Assembly (NCBI GenBank): GCA_040905465.1
Contig: JBBDRK010000072.1
Location: 1 to 64,000 of the forward strand
From: Trueperaceae bacterium
GTDB taxonomy: Bacteria > Deinococcota > Deinococci > Deinococcales > Trueperaceae
DNA length: 64,000 nt
Direction: 5' to 3'
Below the pieces are notes generated by a model that saw only the letters and a program-made list of their open reading frames with translations, had not been told where the DNA came from and made no database searches. Numbering within the stretch: the first letter of the stretch is position 1; every line of letters begins with the position of its first letter. Both the position numbers and the translations under genes were made by a program. Below are positions 19,103-30,219 of the stretch, one piece after another.

Positions 19103-19870
19103 ATGTTCGACATCTGGGGGCTGTTGCAGCCCAGCAGTCTGTTGCTGCTAGCAGCATTGGCCGCTATCCTCGCGCTCATGGCGAGTCGGCCGCGCCTTGG
19201 CGGTATGTTCTGCGCGCTCGCATTGCTGTTGATTGCGGTGCCCACGGTTTTCGATGTCGCCGGCCGGCTGGCATGGGAGTTGGAACGCCGGGTTGCAGCG
19301 CCGACGGCGTTGCCGGAGCAGGTGGACGGCATCCTTGTGCTGGGTGGTGCGGTCGAGTGGCAGGTCAGCCGCGAACGCAAGCAACTGAACGTGAATCAGG
19401 CCGGAGAGAGGGTCATCGCCGCCGCGTCGTTGGCGCGCCGCTATCCGGAGGCACGCCTGGCGTTTACCGGCGTCTACCGGGAAGACGTTGCCAACGAGTT
19501 CGTCGCGGTGCCTACCGATGCCAGCCTGATCTTCGGCAGCGAGTATCGCGGCCGATCGATTGAGTTCATAGGCACCGTCCGCAGCACGTATGAAGACGCG
19601 CTCCAGGCGCTCGACAGGCTCTCTCCCAACGCCGGCGAGACCTGGTTGCTGGTCACCAGCGCGATGCATATGCCGAGAGCCCTGGCGGTTTTCCGCACCC
19701 TCGGCTGGCGCCTCGTCCCGTATCCGGTCGACTACCGGACCTCCGGGGTACCGGGCTGGCTGAACCCGAATCCGCTACCCGGTGCGAGTCTCGCGAGATT
19801 CGACGAAGCGGTTCGCGAGTGGGGCGCGGTGCTGGTATACATCCAGAGCGGCAGGATCAGTTGGCCTTGA
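19103..19870 (+). CDS. YdcF/ElyC (DUF218) family protein
   Basis: N-terminal TM segments, ILVLGG, STYEDA, LLVTSAMHMPRA, and PYPVDY. Confidence 0.85.
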   Translation: MFDIWGLLQPSSLLLLAALAAILALMASRPRLGGMFCALALLLIAVPTVFDVAGRLAWELERRVAAPTALPEQVDGILVLGGAVEWQVSRERKQLNVNQAGERVIAAASLARRYPEARLAFTGVYREDVANEFVAVPTDASLIFGSEYRGRSIEFIGTVRSTYEDALQALDRLSPNAGETWLLVTSAMHMPRALAVFRTLGWRLVPYPVDYRTSGVPGWLNPNPLPGASLARFDEAVREWGAVLVYIQSGRISWP

Positions 19871-19968
19871 GGAGCCGTAGCGTCAGGGCGCGTGCGGTCC
19901 CTGTGTCCTCACGGCCCGACCGCCACAGAGAACCTGGCCGGCTCACCAAATCCGTCGAGCCGAATCCG

Positions 19969-20988
19969 TCAACCGTGAACCGGCTCGGACGTCCGCGTTT
20001 CTGAGAGTAGTTCACCTATCTGCACCGCGTTCAACGCAGCTCCCTTGCGGATCTGATCGCCGGCAACGAACAGTACCAGGGCCCCGGGACGGCTGGCGTC
20101 ATCTCGCAGGCGCCCCACCAATACATCGTCCTGGCCACTGGCCGTGGCCGGCATCGGGAACAGGTTGGCGCTGCGGTCGTCCACCAGTCGCACACCCGGT
20201 GCCCTGGCCAGGACCTCACCGGCTTCGCCAACCGAGACGGGCCGGGCGAACTCGGCGTGAATCGCCTCGCTGTGGGCCCGGAACACCGGAACGCGGACAC
20301 ACGTTGCGCTGAGGGCCAGTTCCGGCTCGCCCAGGATCTTCCGCGATTCCAGCAGGAGCTTGCGCTCCTCGACGTTGTAACCGTCCTCACCCACCTCGCT
20401 GTCGTGACTGAACAGGTTGAAGGCGATGGCGTGCTGGAACTTCGCCGGTTCGTAAGGCTTTCCGTCGAGCGCCGCGCGGGTCTGGCTTTCGAGCTCGTCG
20501 ATGCCGGCCGCGCCCGCCCCCGAGACAGCCTGGTAGGTAGCCACGGTGGCGCGGACCAGGCCGAACGCCCGGTGTAGCGGCGCCAGTGCCATCAGTGCGA
20601 TGATCGTCGAGCAGTTCGGGTTGGCGATGATGCCGTCATGAGCGAGCGCGGCGTCGCCGTTGATCTCGGGTATCACCAGAGGAACCCGCGGATCCATGCG
20701 CCAGGCGCTGGTGTTGTCCACCACCACCGCTCCGTGGGCGGCCCAGTTCCAGGCGTGCCGTTTGGAGAGTTCGCCGCCGGCCGACGAGAAAACCACGTCA
20801 GACGCCAGGTCGCCGTGGGCCGGCAACTCCTCGACGCTCAGGTCCTCCCCGCGGAAGCGGACTGTGCGGCCGGCCGAGCGCGCGGAAGCGAACAGGCGGA
20901 GCGACGTCAACGGGAACCGCCTGGCCTCGAGAAGGCGCAAGAACTCCTGTCCCACCGCTCCGGTTGCTCCGACTATGGCTGTCCGCAT
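19969..20988 (-). CDS. asd: Aspartate-semialdehyde dehydrogenase
   Basis: GATGAVG, IIANPNCSTI, TYQAVSGAG, CVRVPVFRAHSE, and DQIRKGAALNAVQI. Confidence 0.96.
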   Translation of the reverse strand: MRTAIVGATGAVGQEFLRLLEARRFPLTSLRLFASARSAGRTVRFRGEDLSVEELPAHGDLASDVVFSSAGGELSKRHAWNWAAHGAVVVDNTSAWRMDPRVPLVIPEINGDAALAHDGIIANPNCSTIIALMALAPLHRAFGLVRATVATYQAVSGAGAAGIDELESQTRAALDGKPYEPAKFQHAIAFNLFSHDSEVGEDGYNVEERKLLLESRKILGEPELALSATCVRVPVFRAHSEAIHAEFARPVSVGEAGEVLARAPGVRLVDDRSANLFPMPATASGQDDVLVGRLRDDASRPGALVLFVAGDQIRKGAALNAVQIGELLSETRTSEPVHG

Positions 20989-21256
20989 CCGCTACCTCGC
21001 TTCCCGTACCCGCCTCGCGACCGCTCGGCGCCAACGTGCACCGCTCGCTGCGGCCCCGTCCGGTACGTCGGTTTGGGAGTTTAGCACGCTCCCGCGTCCC
21101 GGCCGACGCCTGCAAAACACGCATCTGCCCCGAGCCGCGTCGATGAACTCGCCGGTCACCGGTCGTGACCGGCGACCAACGCGCCGTCGCGGGATGCAAC
21201 TGGCAGCGTGGCGCGGGCGCGACCGGCGCCCCTGCGCTCCCGGATAGCCCTTTGGC

Positions 21257-21284
21257 TTGACAGCAGCGCTACCGCCGGTAGCAT
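21257..21284 (+). promoter_or_regulatory. sigma70-type promoter of proB (leaderless)
   Basis: TTGACA-16bp-TAGCAT, with ATG 7 nt downstream. Confidence 0.6.
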
Positions 21285-21291
21285 GTACTCC

Positions 21292-22563
21292 ATGCCTGCC
21301 TCGCGCAAGAGCGCCAAGCCCTCGTCCAAGGGCACCTCCCACGCAACGCCGCCCCGGGCGACCACGAGTGCGGCCGGGAGTGGGTCGCCAGATGCCGCAG
21401 ACGACGGGGCTGCCGACCAGGAGAGTGTCGGGCTCGCAGCGCTGGCTCGGCCGGAACCAGCCCGGCTGCCGGCCGGCCGGCAGTGGCGCAGAATCGTGGT
21501 CAAGGTGGGCACCAGTTCGCTCACCGACGACTCCGGGCGGATCTCGCTACCGAAACTATGGGCCTTGGGGCGCGGCTTGCAGGTGCTGGCGTCGGCCCGT
21601 GGCTGCAAGCCCGTAGTGGTCTCCTCGGGCGCCGGCGCGGCTGGCCGGGAACGACTCGGCTTGCGCCTGCCGCTCACGCTGCCCGAGAAGCAGGCCGCAG
21701 CCGCGGTGGGCCAGGCCCTGCTGATGCTCGACTGGGCACGAGCCCTGGCACCCATGCCGGTTGCCCAGATGCTGCTCACTGCCGCCGACATCCAGGACCG
21801 CGAGCGCTACGTGAACGCCAAGCACGCCCTCGAGGCCTCGCTCAAGCTCGGCGCCGTGCCGATCGTGAACGAGAACGACAGTGTTGCTACCGCCGAGATA
21901 ATGGTCGGAGACAACGACACGCTCTCCGCCTGGACCGCCTACCTGGTGGGTGCGGACGCCCTGGTGATACTGACCGATGTCGACGGACTATACGACGGCG
22001 ATCCCCGACGTAACCCGCGAGCAAGGAGAATCGACGTGGTCGAGGACGTCGAGGCCGTGGCCGAGGTCGCCGGTCGCCAGGGCAGCGAACGCGGAACCGG
22101 AGGGATGGTCACCAAGTTGCGGGCCGCCGCGATAGCTACTCGCGCCGGCATCGAGACCCTGGTGATCGGTGGTGGCGGTGAAGGGCTCGAGTCGCTGGCC
22201 CGCGGCGAGGTGAGGGGCACGAGGTTCCTGGCCGGAGCCCAGGCTCCGGCGCGCAAGGCGTGGCTGGCGCAGCAACCAGAGCGGGGCGCGGTGGAGGTCG
22301 ACGACGGTGCGGCCCGGGCGCTGCGCGGCGGGCGTAGCCTGCTGCCCTCGGGAGTCACCGCGGTGTCGGGTACCTTCGGGTTCGGCGACGCCGTGTCGAT
22401 CAGGCGGAATGGAACCGTCATCGGTCGGGGACTGTCGAACTACGACTCCCAGGCGGTCGCCCGTATCCGCGGCCGGCAGACCGGTGAGATCGCCGAGGTA
22501 TTGGGTCACAAGGACTTCGACGAGATAATCCACCGCGACAACCTGGTTCTCTCCGAACGTTGA
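21292..22563 (+). CDS. proB: Glutamate 5-kinase with PUA domain
   Basis: VVKVGTSSL, VSSGA, KQAAAAVGQ, NENDSV, GDNDTL, GTGGMVTKL, and IHRDNLV. Confidence 0.95.
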   Translation: MPASRKSAKPSSKGTSHATPPRATTSAAGSGSPDAADDGAADQESVGLAALARPEPARLPAGRQWRRIVVKVGTSSLTDDSGRISLPKLWALGRGLQVLASARGCKPVVVSSGAGAAGRERLGLRLPLTLPEKQAAAAVGQALLMLDWARALAPMPVAQMLLTAADIQDRERYVNAKHALEASLKLGAVPIVNENDSVATAEIMVGDNDTLSAWTAYLVGADALVILTDVDGLYDGDPRRNPRARRIDVVEDVEAVAEVAGRQGSERGTGGMVTKLRAAAIATRAGIETLVIGGGGEGLESLARGEVRGTRFLAGAQAPARKAWLAQQPERGAVEVDDGAARALRGGRSLLPSGVTAVSGTFGFGDAVSIRRNGTVIGRGLSNYDSQAVARIRGRQTGEIAEVLGHKDFDEIIHRDNLVLSER

Positions 22564-22667
22564 GGCGAGGACTGGCCGCTCGGAGTGGGCAGCAGCGGCC
22601 GCGCCGACGCCGGGGCGGATGGTAGCATCGGTGCCAAACGGCGCCGACAGGCGCCCTGGAGCTGAGT

Positions 22668-23291
22668 ATGTCGTTACGAACGCAACTGGCTTACCTGGCG
22701 GCGGGCTTGACCCTTGTCCTCGGATTGCTGGGACTCCTCAACCCCATACTCACCCTCAGGCTCACCGGCCTGGAGGTCATCGAGCCGCGTGGACTGGGCC
22801 AGGCCCGCGCCCTGTTCGGAGCCCTGTTCCTGACCATGGGCGGGTACATGCTGTGGGCACTGTCGGTCCGGCCCCGCGGACGCGCCGTCTTGCGCTTCAC
22901 GGCGTTCCTGTGGCTGGCCAGCGCGCTCGGCCGCCTGGTCTCGCTCCTCCTCGACGGGCCGCTCTCACTGGGCAGCATCCTGCTGCTGGTTTTCGACCTG
23001 GCGGTCGGCACCGGCGCCTTCCTCGGCAGTACCGAGACCGGCGGGACTTCGGCACGGAGCGCGAAACCTGGTGGTCACGAGCCCACGAGCTCCAACGCCA
23101 ACGGCGGCCGGGACCGGCGTAACGGCACCGGGCGCGGTGCATCCGGGGGTGGTTGGTCGGGCCGAGATAGTTCGGAACGTGGTGGGTCCGGGCGCGCCGG
23201 TTCCGAGGTCGATGACCAAGGACGCGACGTGGACGGGCGAGTTGGGCCCGACGATGACGTCAACCCCCTGAGGGCCTACCGGCCGGGATGA
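22668..23291 (+). CDS. DUF4345-like membrane protein with Gly-rich tail
   Basis: 4 hydrophobic segments and GRLVSLLLDG. Confidence 0.65.
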   Translation: MSLRTQLAYLAAGLTLVLGLLGLLNPILTLRLTGLEVIEPRGLGQARALFGALFLTMGGYMLWALSVRPRGRAVLRFTAFLWLASALGRLVSLLLDGPLSLGSILLLVFDLAVGTGAFLGSTETGGTSARSAKPGGHEPTSSNANGGRDRRNGTGRGASGGGWSGRDSSERGGSGRAGSEVDDQGRDVDGRVGPDDDVNPLRAYRPG

Positions 23292-23373
23292 GCGCTCCGG
23301 GACCGACTGCCGCCGCGATAGCCCCCGCGCTTGCCGACACGCTGAGCCGCTCGAGCTGCCGCGGGGCGGCCCG

Positions 23374-24648
23374 GTGACTTCACTACCCGACGGCACTCGT
23401 TTCGTCCTGCCTGAGCACGCCTCGGTGCGCATGCGGCTGCTCGACCGGCTGCGCGACCTCTACCGGGCCTGGGGCTACCTTCCGGCCGAGGTACCGGCGC
23501 TGGAGAGCTACGACCCGTCGCACCCCCGAGCCGCCCAGTCTTTCAAGCTCTCCGACCGCGATAGCGGAGTACTGGCACTTCGCAGCGACTTCACCCCGGC
23601 CCTGGCCCGGCTGATCCGGACCCACTATCCACAGGCCGCACAGGGCGAGAAGGCGGTCCGGCTTCAGTACAGAGGCACTGTCTGGCACGCGATCGATCCG
23701 GATCTCGCCAGGACCCGCGAGTTCACCCAGTTGGGGCTGGAACTGGTGGGGGTTTCGAACGCCCGGGCCGACGCAGAGCTGATCCACCTGGCCCGCGAGT
23801 CGGTGCGGGCCGTCGGGCTGGTACCCCGCGTCGAGGTCGGCGCTCCCGGATTCGTGCGAACGCTGCTCGACCTTGCCGACGTGGCCGATGCGTCGCGTGA
23901 CGCGGTGGCGGACGCAATCGACCGGAAGGATCAGGCGACCCTCCATGCGCTTCTCGACGCCCTGGCGCCGCCCGCCGAGTTGCGACGTGCGTTGCAGAAC
24001 ACCCCGGATCTCTACGGCGACCTGAGCGTGCTGGAATCAGCACGCAAGCTGGCGCCTTGGCCGGAGACCGTCCGGGAGCTCGACCGTCTGGCAGAGATAG
24101 TTGCCGAGTTCGAGGATCCGAGCGAACTGCTGCTCGACCTGGGAATGGCGCGCCGGCTCGCCTACTACACCGGGATGACCTTCCGCGCCTACACCTTCGA
24201 CTTCGGGCAGCCCCTGCTCGGCGGAGGGCGTTACGACGGTGCTCTGTTGCCGTACGCCGCCGGCTTCTCGATCGGCCTGGAGCGGCTGGCGAGTGCGTTA
24301 CCGGATCAGGGTCCGGAAGATGGAGCCGTGGTGCTGAGCATGGACGATGCCGGAGCGCGCAAGCTCAGGTCGGCCGGGGTGTGCGTAGTGCGAGCGCTGA
24401 GCAGCGACCGCGAGGCGGCTCTCGTGGAGGCACGGGAGCTTGGCGCCGGCTACCTGCTGGCTGGCGGGCTCGAGCCGCTCGACGACGACCGCTCGGATCT
24501 GGAGACGCTCGAGCGGATCCTGGACGGCAGCAGCCTGGCAGGCAGCGCCCTGCAAGACAGCCCCCGCGAAGACAGCACCACGGAAGGCAGCACCCCGGGA
24601 GGCAGCATTCTGCAAGGCGGCAGCATGGAAGACAGCGATGACGACTGA
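23374..24648 (+). CDS. hisZ: ATP phosphoribosyltransferase regulatory subunit
   Basis: [32 protein letters not shown] and [10 protein letters not shown]. Adjacent to short hisG. Confidence 0.92.
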   Translation: MTSLPDGTRFVLPEHASVRMRLLDRLRDLYRAWGYLPAEVPALESYDPSHPRAAQSFKLSDRDSGVLALRSDFTPALARLIRTHYPQAAQGEKAVRLQYRGTVWHAIDPDLARTREFTQLGLELVGVSNARADAELIHLARESVRAVGLVPRVEVGAPGFVRTLLDLADVADASRDAVADAIDRKDQATLHALLDALAPPAELRRALQNTPDLYGDLSVLESARKLAPWPETVRELDRLAEIVAEFEDPSELLLDLGMARRLAYYTGMTFRAYTFDFGQPLLGGGRYDGALLPYAAGFSIGLERLASALPDQGPEDGAVVLSMDDAGARKLRSAGVCVVRALSSDREAALVEARELGAGYLLAGGLEPLDDDRSDLETLERILDGSSLAGSALQDSPREDSTTEGSTPGGSILQGGSMEDSDDD

Positions 24649-25279
24649 ACCCCAGCGGGCCCCCGACCTTACCCTGGCGCTGCCCAAAGGACGTGTGCTG
24701 CAGCAGAGCCTGGCCGCCTTGGGGCAGGCGGGGCTGCACATCGAACTCTCGGCCGACGAGCGAAGCCTGCGACACGAAAGCGATGACGCCTTCGTCATCG
24801 AGATGCGCAACGCCGACGTGCCCGTCTACGTGGAGCTCGGTGTGGCCGACGCGGGAATAGTGGGCAAGGACGTGCTCCTCGAATCGGGCAGCAGCCTCTA
24901 CGAACCGGTCGACCTCGGCTTTGCCGCCTGCCGGTTGTCGCTGATCCGGCCGACGGGTGAGGGTGGAACGATACGACGGGTAGCTTCGAAGTATCCGCGC
25001 ATTACCGGCTCCTACCTACGGCGGCTGGGCAGTAGTGCCGAGGTGGTTCGGCTCGCCGGCAACGTCGAGCTCGCCTGCCTCACCGGTTTGGCCGATGCGG
25101 TGGTGGATGTAGTCGAGACGGGAGCGACGCTGCGCGCCAACGGCTTGCAGGAGGTGGACGTGATCCTGCGCTCGAGCGCGCGATTCGTGGTCAACCGGGC
25201 GGCACTGAAGCTCAAGGGGGAGTTGCTGCGGCCGCTGATCGAAGGGCTGCGGAGGGCCGCCGACGGAAGCCGGGCGTGA
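24638..25279 (+). CDS. hisG: ATP phosphoribosyltransferase, short form
   Basis: [23 protein letters not shown], and [18 protein letters not shown]. Confidence 0.95.
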   Translation: MTTEPQRAPDLTLALPKGRVLQQSLAALGQAGLHIELSADERSLRHESDDAFVIEMRNADVPVYVELGVADAGIVGKDVLLESGSSLYEPVDLGFAACRLSLIRPTGEGGTIRRVASKYPRITGSYLRRLGSSAEVVRLAGNVELACLTGLADAVVDVVETGATLRANGLQEVDVILRSSARFVVNRAALKLKGELLRPLIEGLRRAADGSRA

Positions 25280-26748
25280 GCATGGCCCTGCGCGCGCTCC
25301 TGCTGGTCACCCTGGCGCTCCTCCTCGGCGCGGCGTTCGGGCAGCCCGAACCGGAACTCTTCGACACCGATTGGCTCGACCGACGAACCTACGCCGTTGA
25401 CGTAAGAGACGACCTGGTCGATCTGGCTTTGCGACTGGATCGGGCGCCGGTGTACCACCTCGCCTGGAGTCTCACCGTCGGCAACGAACTGCACGCGCGG
25501 CAAGAGGTTCGGGTGGTGAACGGCTCGCAAGTTCCCTGGCGCGAGCTCCACTTTCATCTGCTTCCAAACCTGCTGGGTGGTCGCATGACTGTAGGGCGAC
25601 TGCTGTTGAACGGGGCGGAAGCAGCCGCCGACCTCGACGAGTCGAACCGGCTGCTCACGATCGGCCTGCCCGAGGAGCTTCGGCCGGGCGCCGCCGCCGT
25701 AGTGTCGCTCGAGTACCACCTGGAAATTCCGCGGGCCGGAGGCCGCAACTACGGCATACTCGGCTACCGCGACGGCGCCCTGTCGCTGGCCCACGCCTAC
25801 GCACTGCTGGCCGTTCATGGCGCCGATGGCTGGGACCTGGACCGGCCACCACGCTACGGTGACCTGGTACACGCGGAGAGTGCATTCTTCCGCGTCGCCG
25901 TGGACGCGCCGGCTTCCCTGGACATCGCTACCGGCGGACGACTGCTCGAGCGACGGGTGGAGGGTTCTCGTCAGTACCTGCAGGTAGTGGCGGGCCCTGT
26001 GCGAGACTTCTATCTGGCCGCTGGCGAGTCGCTGGAGACGATCGAGCAGCGTGTCGGCGAGGTGCTCGTTCGCGGGCACTCTCCAGCGGGCTCCGAGGCC
26101 GCAACCCGGGCGGCAGTGGAGCATGCCGCGCAGGCGCTCGAGATCTTCGAGCGCCGCTTCGGCCCCTACCCCTACCGCGAGCTCGATGTCGTAGTGATCT
26201 CCACCAGCGCCCTGGGCGTCGAGTTCCCGGGCATCATCGCCCTGCGCCGTGAGCTGCTTTCACCCGCCGAAGGCGAGCGCTGGCTGGAGAGCACGGTCGT
26301 CCACGAGGTAGCTCATCAATGGTTCTACTCGCTGGTAGGCAACGACCAGGTCAGCGAACCTTGGCTCGACGAGTCGCTCACCCAGTACCTGACGCTGCGC
26401 TACTTCCTCGAAAGTCACGGCGCAACCGGCTATAAGCGTTTTCGCGAGGGTCTGATGTCGCGTTGGGCCGAGGTCGATCGCCGGACGGTGCCGATCGGCT
26501 CTCCCGTGTCCGACTACGGATTGAGTGAGTACGGCGCCGTCGTCTACGGTCTGGGGCCGCTGGTGGTGGAATGGCTGGCGGGGATGATGGAGCGGCCGGT
26601 CTTCGACGCCTTCCTGCGCGACTACGCCCACCGCTTCGCCTTCGAGCTGGTTGAGACGGACGACTTCCAGAGCCTGGCTGAGCACCATTGCGAGTGCGAG
26701 CTGGACGACTTTTTCCGTGACTGGATCAGGCCGCCTGCCGTAGATTGA
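25276..26748 (+). CDS. Secreted M1 family zinc aminopeptidase
   Basis: Signal peptide, GVEFP, HEVAHQW...WLDE (HExxH-18-E), and VYG.G. Confidence 0.88.
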   Translation: MSMALRALLLVTLALLLGAAFGQPEPELFDTDWLDRRTYAVDVRDDLVDLALRLDRAPVYHLAWSLTVGNELHARQEVRVVNGSQVPWRELHFHLLPNLLGGRMTVGRLLLNGAEAAADLDESNRLLTIGLPEELRPGAAAVVSLEYHLEIPRAGGRNYGILGYRDGALSLAHAYALLAVHGADGWDLDRPPRYGDLVHAESAFFRVAVDAPASLDIATGGRLLERRVEGSRQYLQVVAGPVRDFYLAAGESLETIEQRVGEVLVRGHSPAGSEAATRAAVEHAAQALEIFERRFGPYPYRELDVVVISTSALGVEFPGIIALRRELLSPAEGERWLESTVVHEVAHQWFYSLVGNDQVSEPWLDESLTQYLTLRYFLESHGATGYKRFREGLMSRWAEVDRRTVPIGSPVSDYGLSEYGAVVYGLGPLVVEWLAGMMERPVFDAFLRDYAHRFAFELVETDDFQSLAEHHCECELDDFFRDWIRPPAVD

Positions 26749-26763
26749 AGGAGACTGCACGTC

Positions 26764-27237
26764 TCAATGTTCGATGTCCGGTGGACCGGGCGGCTCGGCC
26801 TGCCAGTAGCGTATCGGTTCGACCGGGTCTCCGGCGAGTCGACGGAGAGTCGCCAACTGACCGACGTGTGTCATCAGGTCGGTCAGCGGTCCGTGCCAGA
26901 CCTGCGCCAGCGAAGCCATCCTCCGTCCCGGTCGGAGCCGGTCACCTGTTTCCGTGACCCGGTAGAACGTCCAGACGGCGTCGATGAACCGCTCCCTCTC
27001 TTCCTGCCACGCCAGCGGTTGCAGCACCCCGCCCGCCTTCTCCTCGAACTGATCGTGCGCCAACAGGACGAGCCCGGTCATGTGCCGCACTATTTCGCGA
27101 GGCACCCGAACGCCGTTGCCGGCGTCGATGTCACCGAACTCTGCGGACGTGCCGTCGGTGACGTGTCGGAACCGGAACGCCAGACCCGCCAGGTAACAGC
27201 GCAGGATGTCGCCGGCCGATTCCGGATCTCCGCTCAC
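26764..27237 (-). CDS. DinB/YfiT-like four-helix protein
   Basis: H..(EIVRHM) and DLMTHVGQL.TLRR motifs. GTG start overlaps the mscS stop. Confidence 0.65.
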   Translation of the reverse strand: MSGDPESAGDILRCYLAGLAFRFRHVTDGTSAEFGDIDAGNGVRVPREIVRHMTGLVLLAHDQFEEKAGGVLQPLAWQEERERFIDAVWTFYRVTETGDRLRPGRRMASLAQVWHGPLTDLMTHVGQLATLRRLAGDPVEPIRYWQAEPPGPPDIEH

Positions 27238-28094
27238 TTCCCAGCCTCTTCGACCAGCCTCACGGGGAGTGGCTCGGTGACGGAGCCGGTGTAGATCGTG
27301 CGGTGCGGAAAGGGGATCTCGATGCCGTTGGCGTCGAAGGCGTCCTTGATCTGGTGCTGCATCCCGTTGCGCAGCTCGAGGAAGTTCTCGCTCTTCGCCC
27401 ACACGCTGAACTGGTAATCGACGGACGACTCACCGAACCCCTGGGCTATAAGCAATGGAGCCGGCTCCTCGAGCGACAGCGGGTTGCGATCGGCAACCTC
27501 GAACAGCACCCGTTGGACCTGCTCGAGGTCCTGCTTGTAGGCAACGCCGATCTGCAGGTCCACCCGGCGAATCGGAAAACGGTTGAGGTTGGTGATCTGC
27601 GTCTTCACCATGGTCTCGTTGGGGATGCGAACCAGCAGGTTGTCGAATGTCCTGACCTTGGTAGAGAGCAGATCCACGGACAACACCTCGCCGGTGACAC
27701 CCTCGACCCGGATGACGTCTCCCACGGCAACGGCGTTCTCGAGGGTCAGGAACAGGCCGGAGATGAGGTTGGAGGCGGAGGTCTGCGAGGCGAACCCGAT
27801 GGCCACGGTTACGATGCCGGCAGCGCCAATCAGAACTCCCAGGTTGAAGCCCAACTGACGCAGAGCCGACACGACGAACAGAGTCAGAATGGTGTATGTC
27901 AATGCGCGCTCGAGCATCACCCGCTGTTGGGCGGACAGGGTGCGCGCGAACCCGCGGCGTACCGTGAAGCGGGCCGCCCGGGCGAGCAGGATCCCGCCCA
28001 GTACCAGCAGCACGGCACGCAGCCAGACGCCTAGCGCTTCGGATGCCACTAGCGCGAGCGTCCAGGCCTGGAGGTTCAACCACAGCTCCTGCAC
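27234..28094 (-). CDS. mscS: Small-conductance mechanosensitive channel
   Basis: AIGFASQTSASNLISG, VGDVI, IPNE, FGESSV, and IEIPFPHR. Confidence 0.9.
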   Translation of the reverse strand: MQELWLNLQAWTLALVASEALGVWLRAVLLVLGGILLARAARFTVRRGFARTLSAQQRVMLERALTYTILTLFVVSALRQLGFNLGVLIGAAGIVTVAIGFASQTSASNLISGLFLTLENAVAVGDVIRVEGVTGEVLSVDLLSTKVRTFDNLLVRIPNETMVKTQITNLNRFPIRRVDLQIGVAYKQDLEQVQRVLFEVADRNPLSLEEPAPLLIAQGFGESSVDYQFSVWAKSENFLELRNGMQHQIKDAFDANGIEIPFPHRTIYTGSVTEPLPVRLVEEAGK

Positions 28095-28095
28095 C

Positions 28096-28923
28096 TCAGG
28101 CGCTCCCGAACAGACGGGTGAATGCCCGAAGTGCGAGATGGCTTTCTGCCTGTTGACGCGGTGCCGCAATCTGCTTGGCGCCGGCGGCCTCCGCCGGTGC
28201 CCTGCGACCGAGTTGCAGCGCCGCCAGGTCGCCGTCCTGCTCGCGCAGGGCCGTTGCCATCTGGGTCCACAGCCCGCCGGACGGTGAGTGGTAGAGAGTG
28301 AGGTATTGAACCGGAACCTTTACCCGCTGCAGCAGCAAGGCGTCCTTGGCCAGATTGCGGATCCGCATCGGGGTGATGGCGCGGTGCGGGCGACGGGGCA
28401 GCTCGGCCAGCTTCAGCCGGCCCGAGGTTCGAGACGCGTAGCAGAGCTCGCCTACCAGCGTGGAAGGTCCGAACCAGGTGTCCGACGGCCTCAGTGCCGG
28501 CCGTTCCGCCAAGAGTCGATTGGGCGGAGCCACCTCGAACCTCAGCCAGATTGGCGTCGACACGTATAGGGTAACGTCCTCGCCGCTCGGCACGTATAGC
28601 GGCGTTTCCGGCCGCACGACCACCGGCCGGTCGGCCAACAGCGCGCTAACAGTCAGGTTCATCCCGTTGCTGCCGACGGCGAAGCGGTCCAGCGTGGCGT
28701 CGGGGTCGATCTCGTCGGCATTGCAGATGGTCGCCGCCTCGATCTCGGTGTCATCACCGGCGGGACGTTCCAGTCGGTGCAGCCGCCACTCGAACTCACG
28801 TCGCTCGACCCAGACCGCACTGGGACCGATGTTCCACCGCCGCACTTGATCATCGGCGAATCCGGTCTGTCCCCACCATCGGCTGAGGTCCGGCGAATCG
28901 AGGTTGGTCGGTTCCGTTTCGAT
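28096..28923 (-). CDS. Conserved hypothetical protein (DUF432-like); start uncertain
   Basis: DRPVVVRPE and RPSDTWFGPST..GELCYA. Co-oriented and abutting mscS. Confidence 0.7.
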   Translation of the reverse strand: METEPTNLDSPDLSRWWGQTGFADDQVRRWNIGPSAVWVERREFEWRLHRLERPAGDDTEIEAATICNADEIDPDATLDRFAVGSNGMNLTVSALLADRPVVVRPETPLYVPSGEDVTLYVSTPIWLRFEVAPPNRLLAERPALRPSDTWFGPSTLVGELCYASRTSGRLKLAELPRRPHRAITPMRIRNLAKDALLLQRVKVPVQYLTLYHSPSGGLWTQMATALREQDGDLAALQLGRRAPAEAAGAKQIAAPRQQAESHLALRAFTRLFGSA

Positions 28924-28978
28924 GGCGTTCAGCTTACCAACTGACCGGCGAGAGACGGCGGCTCTGGTATAAGGCAGC

Positions 28979-30148
28979 ATGGACTGGATAGCGACGGCTC
29001 AAGAGGAGTTGCGGCGTCAGGGCCTGGCCGCCTGGCTGATCTACGATTTCCGCGGTTCGAATCCGGTGGCGAAGCGCTTCATGGGGCTCTCCGGGCTGAT
29101 CACCCGCCGCGTCTTCCTGCTGGTTCCGGCTCGAGGGCGACTGACCCTGCTGGTGCACGCCATCGAGCGCGGGTCGTTGCCCGCCTTGCCGTACGAGATC
29201 GTCGCTTACAGCTCACGCGACTCGTTGGAGGCCGAACTGGCCGAGCTCCTGCCGGCGGACCGGATCGCGATGGAGTACTCGCCGCGCAACGACATACCCT
29301 ACCTCTCGTTCGTCGACGCCGGAACGGTCGAACTGGTCCGTGAGTTGGGAAGCCAGCCGGTGAGCTCCGGCGACCTGCTGCAGGCTTTCAGCGCCTGGAG
29401 CCCGGAACAACTGGCGGCGCACGAGCGGGCGGCGGCGGTTCTCTATCGGGCTAAGGATGCGGCGTTCGTTCACCTTGCCGAGGAGGCCAGCGCCGGCCGA
29501 ACGATCAGCGAGAGCGAAGTGCAGAAGGTGATCATCGCCGAGTTGCGCCGCGGCGGCCTGGAGTTCGACCACGGCCCGATCGTGGGTTTCGGTGAGAACA
29601 GCGGAGACCCTCACTACGCCACGCCGGCAACCGGCGGCCGCCTGCTCAGGAGGGGCGATGCCATCCTGCTCGACATCTTCGCCAAGGAACCGGGGGACGA
29701 GTCCCCCTATGCGGACATCACCTGGATGGGAGTCTATGGCGAGCCGTCGGCTCGCCTGCGCGAGGTCTTCGAAGTGGTGCGCGACGCGCGTGACCTGGCG
29801 GTAGCGACGATGCGAAAGGCCTATGACGCGGGCCGGCACCCGGAAGGTCGTGAGATCGACAGGGTGGTGCGAGACCGAATCACCTCACACGGCTTCGGCG
29901 AGGCCTTCATTCACCGCACCGGGCACAGCCTGGGGATGAACGGCACGCACGGCGACGCGGTGCACCTGGACGACTTCGAGACCCGCGATACCCGGCGCCT
30001 GCTGCCCGGAATCGCAGTTACCGTCGAACCGGGAGTCTACCTCCCGGAGTTCGGGGTGCGCTCGGAGATCGACGTCGTGCTGGAGGCGGTCGGCCCTAGA
30101 GTCACGACCGAGCCACAACGTGAGTTGACCGAGGTGAAGGTGGCCTAG
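28979..30148 (+). CDS. M24 family Xaa-Pro aminopeptidase
   Basis: DPHY, LLD, ADIT, HRTGHSLG, TVEPGVY, and GVRSE. Confidence 0.92.
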   Translation: MDWIATAQEELRRQGLAAWLIYDFRGSNPVAKRFMGLSGLITRRVFLLVPARGRLTLLVHAIERGSLPALPYEIVAYSSRDSLEAELAELLPADRIAMEYSPRNDIPYLSFVDAGTVELVRELGSQPVSSGDLLQAFSAWSPEQLAAHERAAAVLYRAKDAAFVHLAEEASAGRTISESEVQKVIIAELRRGGLEFDHGPIVGFGENSGDPHYATPATGGRLLRRGDAILLDIFAKEPGDESPYADITWMGVYGEPSARLREVFEVVRDARDLAVATMRKAYDAGRHPEGREIDRVVRDRITSHGFGEAFIHRTGHSLGMNGTHGDAVHLDDFETRDTRRLLPGIAVTVEPGVYLPEFGVRSEIDVVLEAVGPRVTTEPQRELTEVKVA

Positions 30149-30219
30149 CGCTTCGAGCGGACGAGCCCCAGCTTGGGATGTTCCGCAACGCCTGTTCGCT
30201 ACGCCTTTGCTCCGGTGGC

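Noticed and set aside
20990-21200. Lysine riboswitch or leader peptide upstream of asd
   Set aside because: No L-box consensus or leader ORF recognised. Only an 11-bp inverted repeat (21149-21175) and a possible -10 (TGcTAAACT) were seen.
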